Origin: a virus
Lineage: Duplodnaviria > Caudoviricetes
DNA: 36,329 nucleotides
Strand: one strand, 5' to 3'
IMG/VR virus record: IMGVR_UViG_3300037424_002111
Coordinates: 1 to 36,329 of that record
Below the pieces are notes generated by a model. It had not been told where the DNA came from. It made no database searches and was given only the letters and a program-made list of their open reading frames with translations. Positions 1-7,059 of the stretch are shown here, piece after piece. The position numbers and the translations under genes were made by a program. Within the stretch, counting starts at the first letter, position 1. Each line of letters opens with the position of its first letter.

Positions 1-127
1 CGACGCTCGCCCATTCGCCGACGCGCGCCCCTTCGCCGACGCTCGCCCGATTGCCGACGCTCGCCCCTTCGCCGACGCTCGCCCATTCGCCGACGCGCGC
101 CCCTTCGCCGACGCTCGCCCATTCGCC
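1..127. repeat. 127-bp terminal direct repeat, left copy (identical to 36203-36329); probable assembler overlap of a circular contig
   Basis: 1-127 and 36203-36329 are identical, with the same order of seven 18-bp unit variants plus 1 nt. 127 is a common maximum assembly k-mer size. Confidence 0.9.
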
Positions 128-148
128 GACGCGCGCCCCTTCGCCGAC
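1..148. repeat. 18-bp coding tandem repeat, left part
   Basis: Units such as CGACGCGCGCCCCTTCGC, CGACGCTCGCCCATTCGC and CGACGCTCGCCCGATTGC; the minus strand reads VGEGAR/VGEWAS/VGNRAS/VGEGAS. Confidence 0.97.
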
Positions 149-274
149 GAGTCCCTCAATGGTGGCAGTCGGAGCGTATTCTGACGTGATGTGAGCCCAA
201 CCACCGTCTTTGGTTTTCACCCAATCTTCGGTTTTTGTTCCTGGAAATATCTGCAACACAATTGCAATATCCAT
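1..274 (-). CDS. Hexapeptide-repeat (left-handed beta-helix-like) protein, 5' part; continues at 36202..35565 (303 aa in total)
   Basis: Not in the ORF track. ATG at 274 behind GAAGGAGG; translates MDIAIVLQIFPGTKTEDWVKTKDGGWAHITSEYAPTATIEGL-VGEGAR-VGEWAS... After removing the 127-bp overlap, 274+638=912 nt, in frame. Confidence 0.9.
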   Translation of the reverse strand, partial: MDIAIVLQIFPGTKTEDWVKTKDGGWAHITSEYAPTATIEGLVGEGARVGEWASVGEGARVGEWASVGEGASVGNRASVGEGARVGEWASV

Positions 275-487
275 TTAGTTTTCCTCCTTCGTCTCGCGAG
301 CCGGGAGAGACTCGATCTCCTTCTTCGCCCGGCGCTCGATGGTATCCCAGGTCGCAGCTCCACGCGGCCAGGTTCGCCATACCGAAGCGGAGGCGCGCTC
401 GAACGGCATCCCTTCCCGCACGAGCTGGACGATCCGCCTCACCGCCTCAGCCTGGGCGCTTTCGATCGCCTTCTTCGGAGCGTTCAT
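275..487 (-). CDS. Hypothetical protein (70 aa, MNAPKKAIES...)
   Basis: ATG at 487 behind GGGGAGG, overlapping the upstream TGA (ATGA). Its stop abuts the next ATG. Confidence 0.75.
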   Translation of the reverse strand: MNAPKKAIESAQAEAVRRIVQLVREGMPFERASASVWRTWPRGAATWDTIERRAKKEIESLPARETKEEN

Positions 488-618
488 CCGCACCTCCCCA
501 GGATCACGGAAGATAAATAAAACTCCGTGCACGCGCCGATCTCCGCCCCGATCACAATGATAATGAGGATCGCGATCGCGCCGTTCCGAGCCGCTTTATT
601 CCGTTCCTTCTTTTCCAT
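484..618 (-). CDS. Small single-TM membrane protein (44 aa)
   Basis: Below the ORF-track cutoff. AGGAGG precedes ATG 618; translates MEKKERNKAARNGAIAILIIIVIGAEIGACTEFYLSSVILGRCG*; ATGA coupling to the next gene. Confidence 0.7.
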   Translation of the reverse strand: MEKKERNKAARNGAIAILIIIVIGAEIGACTEFYLSSVILGRCG

Positions 619-700
619 GAGTCCTCCTGCTTCTGAATTTGAGCGGATAGTTTCGCTCAAGACCAGCGGCGGTTTTGAGGCCGCTCGCCGGCTCGATGTT

Positions 701-1144
701 TTAGAACGGAAGCGGATCGCCTTCCTTCACTTCGATCTTCACCTCGATCCTCCGGATCGAAACCGAGGGTTTGCTCTTCGAGAAGAAGGGGAGCACCTCG
801 GGATGGGCCGCAGCGTATCCCTTGAGCTGTTTCACGTCGACGAGATCCTTCGGCGCGGTATAAACCGCCATCCTCGCCAGCCCCTTCACCGTGCGGGCCA
901 GGTCTTCGACGCCCTTCTGGATCTCGACCCTCAGCGCGCTCTCGTGCGAAACCAGGGCCTTCTCTTCCTGGACGAACTCGGCGTCGATATCCTTGTTCCG
1001 GGATTCGATCGCCTTGAGAACCTGGCGTTCCATATCGTCCAGGGCCCCGAGCTTCGCCTCGTCCTTCTTCTTCGCCAGGGCTTCCGCTTCCATCTCCACC
1101 ATCGCGAGCTCGTTCAATTTCTGGCGAACCTGTTCTTCTTCCAC
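701..1144 (-). CDS. Coiled-coil protein, Mu Gam/Gp157-like (possible host nuclease inhibitor), 147 aa; alternative in-frame start at 1303
   Basis: AAGGAGGA before GTG 1144. Long helical N-terminus, then TVKG...VDVKQLKGYAAAHPEV...PSVSIR. Lies next to the recombinase gene. Confidence 0.55.
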   Translation of the reverse strand: MEEEQVRQKLNELAMVEMEAEALAKKKDEAKLGALDDMERQVLKAIESRNKDIDAEFVQEEKALVSHESALRVEIQKGVEDLARTVKGLARMAVYTAPKDLVDVKQLKGYAAAHPEVLPFFSKSKPSVSIRRIEVKIEVKEGDPLPF

Positions 1145-1289
1145 GATTCCTCCTTGTGGGTTGATATGGCCGAAGCGATATCCCCGGCCGTAGTCTCCGC
1201 TTGCGGTATAAGCCGTCCAGAGCCGGAAGCCCAGGAGGCGATCGGCTCGGCCGTGACGAAACCCTTCCACATAGCGCTCGGAAGGAAAA

Positions 1290-2600
1290 TCAAGAGCGGT
1301 CATACTCAGCCTTCGCCTTCTCCCCAGCCGCCGGCGGTTTATCTCCTTCGGCCCGGAACCTCCGGTAGATCTCATACCAGCGGCCGAGCTCGAGAAGCGA
1401 AACATCTACCGGGAAAGGGGAGAGCTCAAGGACGGCCAGCGCGTGCGCCTTCGCCTTCAGATGGCCCTCGCGCATGACGAAGTCGATCGCTTCCTTTTCC
1501 CACTTCCGCGGCTTCGGCTTTCCGATTGGCTTACCGTCATCGCCCTGGAAGAGCGCGCGCCCGGCCTTCTGCAGCGCGACCGTGCGTTCCTCTTCGGTTT
1601 CGCCCAAAGCGTTCGGCTGGGAAACCCCTTCGGTCTCGTCCATCATCGCCTTCACTCGATCGGCTCCGGTAATGAAAGCCTCATCCTCTGGCGAAAGGTC
1701 TGAAGGCGGCTCGGGCGGCGGAGTTCCAGCCGGCGCGGGCTGAGCCTCGGGCGCAGCGCTGGCGCCGCCTTCGGCCGCTGGGGGCTGGCTTACCACCGTG
1801 GGTTTCTTCGGATCGTCGAAGAGCGAGACCTTGAGGTCGATATAATCGTCCGCCAGAGTGGAGCTCATCTCGAGCGCTCCGGGGAGAAGCGGAACGAAGC
1901 CGAAGTCGAGGTGATAAACCACTTTCAAGGCGGCCGCCTCGGCGCGCTTCTTCACCCGCTCGATGTGGGGCATTTTATTACGGGTATTTTTATCGAGGCT
2001 TTTCATCTCCTCGACGGTGAGTATTCCGATCCCCTCAACGTATGGGCGATCGCCGAGGGCTCGCCGGATATCATCCCATGTGACCCCTTTGATTTTCCCC
2101 ATCCGCTCGCAGTCTTCAGTATAGGAATGAGACTTGGCCTGGCTTCGGAGAATCGCCTTATAAGCGAGGGCCCCATCCGGCACGAGATAATCCTTCCGCT
2201 CTTCCGGAGTGAGGGAGTAGAGCTCCACATTCCGGAGATCCCCGCGCTTCTCATCCTGCTCGTCGGCTTTTCTTCTGAAGAGTCTGATACCGGGCGCGAG
2301 CCCGAGCACTTCCCCGGAGGTTTGGTTTTTCATCAACCAAACCTCCCCGACGAGAGGATTGGCTTCGAGAGAGATTGCGTACTGGGCCAGCACCACGCAC
2401 TCGGCCGGGGTCATCTTCATCCCGCCGGGCGCCATGGTATGGATCCGAACCGCCATCTCGCGAACCACCTTCCGGGTTCCCATCGGGGCGAGCGCCATCA
2501 CTGGGTTGTATTGGACGATCGCCTGGGCCTGGCTGAAGGTCTGTTCCTCTTCCTCTTCCCTGAAGCCCCCCGGGATCTGGGACGAACTGCTTCCGCTCAT
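1290..2600 (-). CDS. RecT/Redbeta-like single-strand annealing recombinase with long Pro/Ala-rich linker and C-terminal domain
   Basis: AAGGAGG SD; TPAECVVLAQYAISLEANPLVGEVWL and MPHIERVKKRAEAAALK resemble RecT/Bet conserved blocks. Confidence 0.7.
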   Translation of the reverse strand: MSGSSSSQIPGGFREEEEEQTFSQAQAIVQYNPVMALAPMGTRKVVREMAVRIHTMAPGGMKMTPAECVVLAQYAISLEANPLVGEVWLMKNQTSGEVLGLAPGIRLFRRKADEQDEKRGDLRNVELYSLTPEERKDYLVPDGALAYKAILRSQAKSHSYTEDCERMGKIKGVTWDDIRRALGDRPYVEGIGILTVEEMKSLDKNTRNKMPHIERVKKRAEAAALKVVYHLDFGFVPLLPGALEMSSTLADDYIDLKVSLFDDPKKPTVVSQPPAAEGGASAAPEAQPAPAGTPPPEPPSDLSPEDEAFITGADRVKAMMDETEGVSQPNALGETEEERTVALQKAGRALFQGDDGKPIGKPKPRKWEKEAIDFVMREGHLKAKAHALAVLELSPFPVDVSLLELGRWYEIYRRFRAEGDKPPAAGEKAKAEYDRS

Positions 2601-2729
2601 TTGTTTCCTCCTTGAGATCTGGAATGTAGAAGATGAGGCATCGGGCGCGTATGGAGATGATCGTCTCGATCGGCTCCAGCGCCAGCGGCTCTTCTGGCCT
2701 TGCAGATAAAAAGGGTCTTCCGCTCAACG

Positions 2730-2850
2730 AAGCCTCCCGCTCCCTAACTATAATATGAGGCCTTTCAGGGTTTATTAAAATACCGTTTGATTTTCCCCGG
2801 AGTTGCTTTCCGGGCTCGCTGTTTAGCCTATAATAACGCCCAGGAGGTCG
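2730..2850. promoter_or_regulatory. Divergent AT-rich control region between the two arms
   Basis: Transcription direction switches here. TATAAT at 2749-2754 and 2829-2834 (+), TATTAT/TATAGT on the minus strand near 2746-2756, and a 13-bp motif at 2775-2787 shared with 9694-9706. Confidence 0.65.
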
Positions 2851-2941
2851 GCGCTCTTCCCCATGGCCCGCGCGCAAAGGGCCGACCTCCCGCTTTTCCA
2901 AAACGAGCGCCGATCTCCATCCTTCTCCCTTGGAGCCTCAT

Positions 2942-3892
2942 TTGTCCGAGATCATCCCGAACAGCTTCCAGACTCCAAACCTCTACATCGACCGCCTATT
3001 CCCGCTCATCACCGACCAGGAAAAGGCGGTTTTAGTTTATGCCGTGCGGAGGATCTTCGGATGGAATAAGCGCGCGGAGCGGATCTCGATCTCGGACTTC
3101 TCGAGCGGAATCGGATCCGGAAGATCCTCGGTTCTCAGATCAACCTCTTCGCTGGTTTCATTCCGCGTTCTGGTTGTATTGGCCGAGAACGACGGAAAGA
3201 ACCAAGGGCGGCTCTACGGCCTTGAGCTCGACGAGAAGAAAATCGACTGGCAGGGGCTCGGCCTTCGCCAGAAGAGGGAGGGAGAATCGGAGTTCGAGAG
3301 GACGGAAAAAGCCAGAGAAGCCGCCCAAAAAGAGCGGTCTGTCGGACAGACCGCTGCTGGTCAGACGGACAGACCGCTCTCCTCGAAAAAAGGCCCATCC
3401 GTCAATATAAAAAACGCTCCCTTCCATCAGAGTTTTAAACACAAAGTAATAGACAGCGAGAGCGAGGAGAGCTCTCGCTCTCGCCCGCCAGTGCGGGTTC
3501 ATCGAAACCCTCAGTTCATCGAGAAGGATGATCGAAGCCTCTACCCCGGATCCCCGGCTCAGATGAAGTTTTTCGCCAGGCTCGGGAATAACTTCGCCGC
3601 GAAGGGCCGCCGGCGGCCGGAGCGCTTCCCTACCCTCGAGGCGAAGGAAGAGTTCCGCCAGGAAGAGGAACGGCTGGGCGCGGGGCTCGAGGAAGCCGTG
3701 AAGGTTGGCCTCGGGAAAGGGATCCTCTCCGTGACCGGCTTGATCGACTTCATCCAGGCGTGGGGGAAAGGTGGAGGAAAGACTAAAACCTCAATCCCTT
3801 CGAGGTTCCAGGCGATCGCGCGATCGCTGAGATCCGGAGGAGACGATCCGGAGCTTCCGGCGCCAGAGGAGGAACATGGCGACAAAAAATGA
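2942..3892 (+). CDS. Phage replication initiator (lambda O-like N-terminal winged helix)
   Basis: IPNSFQTPNLYIDRLFPLITDQEKAVLVYAVRRIFGWNKRAERISISDF is typical of O-family N-termini. TTG 2942 follows GGAG (alternative TTG 2930). A loader-like gene follows. Confidence 0.8.
   Translation: MSEIIPNSFQTPNLYIDRLFPLITDQEKAVLVYAVRRIFGWNKRAERISISDFSSGIGSGRSSVLRSTSSLVSFRVLVVLAENDGKNQGRLYGLELDEKKIDWQGLGLRQKREGESEFERTEKAREAAQKERSVGQTAAGQTDRPLSSKKGPSVNIKNAPFHQSFKHKVIDSESEESSRSRPPVRVHRNPQFIEKDDRSLYPGSPAQMKFFARLGNNFAAKGRRRPERFPTLEAKEEFRQEEERLGAGLEEAVKVGLGKGILSVTGLIDFIQAWGKGGGKTKTSIPSRFQAIARSLRSGGDDPELPAPEEEHGDKK
3333..3484. other. Putative replication origin inside the initiator gene
   Basis: Inverted repeat AGCGGTCTGTC-G-GACAGACCGCT (3333-3355); direct repeat CGGACAGACCGCT at 3343 and 3366; A-rich tract ~3386-3455; 11-bp inverted repeat 3456-3466/3474-3484. 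Confidence 0.55.
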
Positions 3893-4190
3893 GGTTCTGA
3901 AGACGATGGCCTTCCTCGCTGCGGCCTACCCAGACCAGGGCCAGCGGATCGACCCGAAAGTTCTCGAGATGCAAAACGCGGTTTATATTGATCTCCTGGC
4001 CGACATCGCCCCCGAGGATCTCCTGGCCGGCGCGAAGGAGCACATCCGGACGAGCGAGTGGTTCCCGAAGATATCGGAGCTACGGCGCCAGGCGGAGAAG
4101 ATCCGCGCGCGAAAGTTCTACTCCCAGTTCGAGGCCCAGCATCTCCTCGAGGCCGGCGATGAGAGCGGAGAAGAGGAAGGTGAACCATGA
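3876..4190 (+). CDS. Replicative helicase loader/inhibitor (SPP1 G39P-like)
   Basis: GAGGAGG SD; LAAAYP...YIDLLADI...AKEHIRTSEWFPKISELR pattern; directly after the initiator. Confidence 0.75.
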   Translation: MATKNEVLKTMAFLAAAYPDQGQRIDPKVLEMQNAVYIDLLADIAPEDLLAGAKEHIRTSEWFPKISELRRQAEKIRARKFYSQFEAQHLLEAGDESGEEEGEP

Positions 4191-4747
4191 TTATCAGTCA
4201 GGCGAGGCACATCGCGCTCGAGTGGGTTCAGATCCTCGGCCCCTACTGCGAGAGAATCGAGATCGCTGGCGGGATCCGCCGGGGAAAGGAAGAGGTTCAC
4301 GACGCTGAGATAGTCGCAATCCCGAAGCCCAGGCTCGATCTCTTCGGCCAGCCCGCGGCCGGCACAAACCTCCTCGAGGAGTTCTTCCAGGACACCGGGC
4401 CCTCGATCGAGGTAGTGAAGGGCGGCCCGCGTTATAAACAGATCCGCCGGGATGGGCGAGACTTCTTCACCGATCTTTTTATCGTCCTCTCCCCGGCTCA
4501 GTGGGGCGTGCTCTTCGCAATCCGAACCGGCCCCGCTGATTTTTCAAAGTGGATCGTCACCCAGCGGGCTCATGGCGGAGCGCTCCCTTCCTTCGCCCAA
4601 GTGAAGGATGGAGCGGTGCTCGCGAACGGTGAGCTGCTTCCCATGCCGGAGGAGATAGACTTCCTCAACTTCCTCGAGCTGGGGTGGGTCGATCCTCGCG
4701 ATCGGCACTGCGGTATCCAGCGCCACTTTACCGGAGGCCGAACGTGA
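4187..4747 (+). CDS. Minimal family X DNA polymerase/nucleotidyltransferase (palm+thumb only), 186 aa
   Basis: IEIAGGIRRGKEEVHDAEIV (GSxRR...DxD equivalent), TDLFIV, WGVLFAIRTGPADF and EEIDFLNFLELGWVDPRDR match the PolX palm and thumb signatures. Confidence 0.88.
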   Translation: MIISQARHIALEWVQILGPYCERIEIAGGIRRGKEEVHDAEIVAIPKPRLDLFGQPAAGTNLLEEFFQDTGPSIEVVKGGPRYKQIRRDGRDFFTDLFIVLSPAQWGVLFAIRTGPADFSKWIVTQRAHGGALPSFAQVKDGAVLANGELLPMPEEIDFLNFLELGWVDPRDRHCGIQRHFTGGRT

Positions 4748-6105
4748 ACCTTCCCGCGCGCGGGAACCTCCAGCACGTCGATCTCTTCTCGGGAATCGGA
4801 GGCTTCGCCCTCGCGGCGTACGCGAAAGGCCTTGAGACCGTTTCCTTCTGCGAGATAGATCCAATTTGCCAGGCCTTCCTTGCGAAGGTTTGGCCCGGAG
4901 TAAAAATTCATGGCGATATTAGATCCTTCGATGGAAAAGAATACCGAGGAGCCTTCTTACTCACAGCCGGCCCTCCTTGTCAGCCCGCGAGTAGAGCCGG
5001 GAAGCAAGGAGGCAAGGAAGACGACCGCTGGTTATGGGATGAAGCTCTCCGAGTGCTTGGAGAGCTCCTCCCCGCTTGGGCGATTTTCGAGAATCCTCCT
5101 GGCATCGGAGATGTGGGCCTCGCCGGAATTTTATCTGAGATGGGAGGGCTCGGCTATAACGTCCGAGTATTTGCTATTCCGGCTTGTGCCGTCGGTGCCC
5201 CTCATCGGCGAGAGCGATACTGGATTGTGGCGAACTCCTCAAGCCGACAACGCGGAGCAGGGCCCGAAGAAACTGGAAACCATCCAGGCTCAGGCTTCGC
5301 CGGTGATAACCCTGACCGATCAAACTCGGATGATCGGGGCGTGGGCAACTCCGAGGGCGGAGGAACGCCAGCAGCACAACAGCGAGAATGCGGGAATGTC
5401 AACCGGGGCGCAATTGCAAGCGGCGTCGGCCAGGCCGACGCCGACGAGCAGGGACGGGAAGGGCAAAACGCAGAACCCGGAGCGGATGGATTACGTTCCG
5501 AATATCGTAAAAGCTGGGTGGCCAACTCCCCGCTCAGAAGACAGCGAGAGCTCTGGAGTCCATCGCGGGAATCCGGATACTCTGACCAGCGCGGCGAGAT
5601 CGGCCGCCTGGCCGACCCCGGATGCTTCGGAAGCGGGGAAGACCAGCCGCGGCGGGGATCGGATCGACGAGCCGCTCATCGGCGGCCTCATCCGGAAGCC
5701 CTGGGGAACTCCTCGAGTGAGCCGCGGGAAGTTTCGGAAGAAGGACGGCGAGAAGATGATCACCCTCGAGGGGCAGGTTCCCGGAGTTTGGCCCACTCCG
5801 AAGGCGGAGCTCTCGGGCCCGGACTTCGCACGGAGGGATCGGGACGGGAGCGGCGGGGACGATCTGGTAACGGCCGCGGCTTCTGGGATGACTCCGTTGG
5901 GATCCCTTGCGCTGACGGAAAAGTTCGCCGAGCGCCTGGAGATTCTTTCGTGCTGGTTGATGGGATACCCGGCGGCCTTCTTGAGGCTCTGGCCGAAGAA
6001 GGCTGGCCGCACCGCTCGATCCTCGCCGCCCTCGGGAATGCGATAGTTTGGCAAGTAGCGGAAGAGATCATCCGAGCGATACTCGAGGCTGAAGGAGAAA
6101 CATGA
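4744..6105 (+). CDS. C5-cytosine DNA methyltransferase, alpha polypeptide (motifs I-VIII and X), 453 aa
   Basis: GTG 4744 (GTGA overlap, GGAGG SD). DLFSGIGGF (I), GPPCQPAS (IV), FENPPG (VI), GAPHRRERYWIVA (VIII), ALGNAIVWQVAEEI (X). No canonical motif IX in this frame. Confidence 0.92.
   Translation: MNLPARGNLQHVDLFSGIGGFALAAYAKGLETVSFCEIDPICQAFLAKVWPGVKIHGDIRSFDGKEYRGAFLLTAGPPCQPASRAGKQGGKEDDRWLWDEALRVLGELLPAWAIFENPPGIGDVGLAGILSEMGGLGYNVRVFAIPACAVGAPHRRERYWIVANSSSRQRGAGPEETGNHPGSGFAGDNPDRSNSDDRGVGNSEGGGTPAAQQRECGNVNRGAIASGVGQADADEQGREGQNAEPGADGLRSEYRKSWVANSPLRRQRELWSPSRESGYSDQRGEIGRLADPGCFGSGEDQPRRGSDRRAAHRRPHPEALGNSSSEPREVSEEGRREDDHPRGAGSRSLAHSEGGALGPGLRTEGSGRERRGRSGNGRGFWDDSVGIPCADGKVRRAPGDSFVLVDGIPGGLLEALAEEGWPHRSILAALGNAIVWQVAEEIIRAILEAEGET
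4910..6046 (+). CDS. Nested alternative-frame ORF: probable beta polypeptide of the C5 methyltransferase (WPTP repeats plus motif IX-like segment), 378 aa
   Basis: Same strand, +1 frame, stop-free for 378 codons. GGAG 9 nt before ATG 4910; seven (W/R)xTP modules; ERLEILSCWLMGYP resembles motif IX. Confidence 0.72.
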   Translation: MAILDPSMEKNTEEPSYSQPALLVSPRVEPGSKEARKTTAGYGMKLSECLESSSPLGRFSRILLASEMWASPEFYLRWEGSAITSEYLLFRLVPSVPLIGESDTGLWRTPQADNAEQGPKKLETIQAQASPVITLTDQTRMIGAWATPRAEERQQHNSENAGMSTGAQLQAASARPTPTSRDGKGKTQNPERMDYVPNIVKAGWPTPRSEDSESSGVHRGNPDTLTSAARSAAWPTPDASEAGKTSRGGDRIDEPLIGGLIRKPWGTPRVSRGKFRKKDGEKMITLEGQVPGVWPTPKAELSGPDFARRDRDGSGGDDLVTAAASGMTPLGSLALTEKFAERLEILSCWLMGYPAAFLRLWPKKAGRTARSSPPSGMR

Positions 6106-6467
6106 CCGCCTACAATTTTCGCCCCCGCTTCGCTGCTCTCGTTCAGGACGGCCGGAAGCGCCAGACCATCCGGAAGGTTCGCCCGCACGGAAACCCGGTA
6201 CCTGGCTCGATGCTTCAGCTCTACCGCGGGATGAGATCGCCAGCCTGTCAGAAGCTCCTCCCCGACCAGAAGTGCATCGAGGCGAGTAAGGTCTGGATTG
6301 AGTGGGGGAAGGTGAATATAAACGGGTGCGATCTCGATCCGCAGTATCAAGCCGAGCTCGCTGAGCGCGACGGCTTCGACCACGTGATCGATTTCTTCAG
6401 CTTCTTCCGAGATGTTCACGGGCTTCCGTTCGAAGGTATCCTCATCCGCTGGGAGTACAAACCATGA
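6102..6467 (+). CDS. ASCH domain protein
   Basis: FRPRFAALVQDGRKRQTIRK...PGSMLQLY (GxKxxTxR); AERDGF; ATGA coupling. Confidence 0.85.
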   Translation: MTAYNFRPRFAALVQDGRKRQTIRKVRPHGNPVPGSMLQLYRGMRSPACQKLLPDQKCIEASKVWIEWGKVNINGCDLDPQYQAELAERDGFDHVIDFFSFFRDVHGLPFEGILIRWEYKP

Positions 6468-6817
6468 TTATCCGTCTCCACTGGCCCGATCATCGGCTCC
6501 TCCCCAACCGCCGGCGCGGGAAGCGCCTGTTCGATACGACGATCATCGCCGGGCACCGGGAAGACGCCAGGCTCTCAGCTCTCGAGGCCCTGGGCCGGGC
6601 GCGCCCGAAGATCCCGAAGGATCACATCCTGGTTTGTAAAATCCAATTCCATCCGCCCGATCGGCGGCGCCGAGATCTCGACGGGATGCTCTCAGCCTGT
6701 AAGCCTTTCCTGGACGGGATCGCGGACGCGATGGGAATCGACGACCACCAGCTCAACCCGCTCATCCTTGAGCGGCTCGATCCAGTTCCGAACGGAGTAG
6801 TCATCTTCGAGATCTGA
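6464..6817 (+). CDS. rusA: RusA-family Holliday junction resolvase
   Basis: FHPPDRRRRDLDGMLSACKPFLDGIADAMGIDD contains the RusA DxD...K..LD...DD catalytic pattern. Confidence 0.88.
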   Translation: MIIRLHWPDHRLLPNRRRGKRLFDTTIIAGHREDARLSALEALGRARPKIPKDHILVCKIQFHPPDRRRRDLDGMLSACKPFLDGIADAMGIDDHQLNPLILERLDPVPNGVVIFEI

Positions 6818-6825
6818 GGAGGAGT

Positions 6826-7059
6826 ATGGAACCTACAAAGTGTGCGAGCTGTAAAGAACTCCCGACGATCCGGTGGTTCGGAGACCACTGGGAGGCGATG
6901 TGCGACAAGAAGTTCCGCGCCGGATGCTCTTTCGCCAGCGGAAAGACCGTCGACGAAACCGTGAAGCGGTGGAATAAAATCCAAGGGCGGAGGCGGATCG
7001 GCCTTCCGCTCAATTCTCTCAACGGAGGAGCCCATGCCATCGAAAACAAAAAGAAGTAA
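6826..7059 (+). CDS. Small Zn-finger protein, Lar (restriction alleviation)-like
   Basis: GAGGAGG SD; CASC...C...C...ETVKRWN pattern. Confidence 0.55.
   Translation: MEPTKCASCKELPTIRWFGDHWEAMCDKKFRAGCSFASGKTVDETVKRWNKIQGRRRIGLPLNSLNGGAHAIENKKK

Noticed and set aside
1-127. Physical direct terminal repeat (T7-like)
   Set aside because: The length equals a common assembly k-mer, and the repeat lies mid-gene inside a tandem array.
2251-2901. 216-aa minus-strand ORF or a repressor in the control region
   Set aside because: It crosses the promoter region and overlaps the recombinase by 350 nt, with no HTH pattern. A TTG start at 2726 with GGGAGG cannot be fully excluded.
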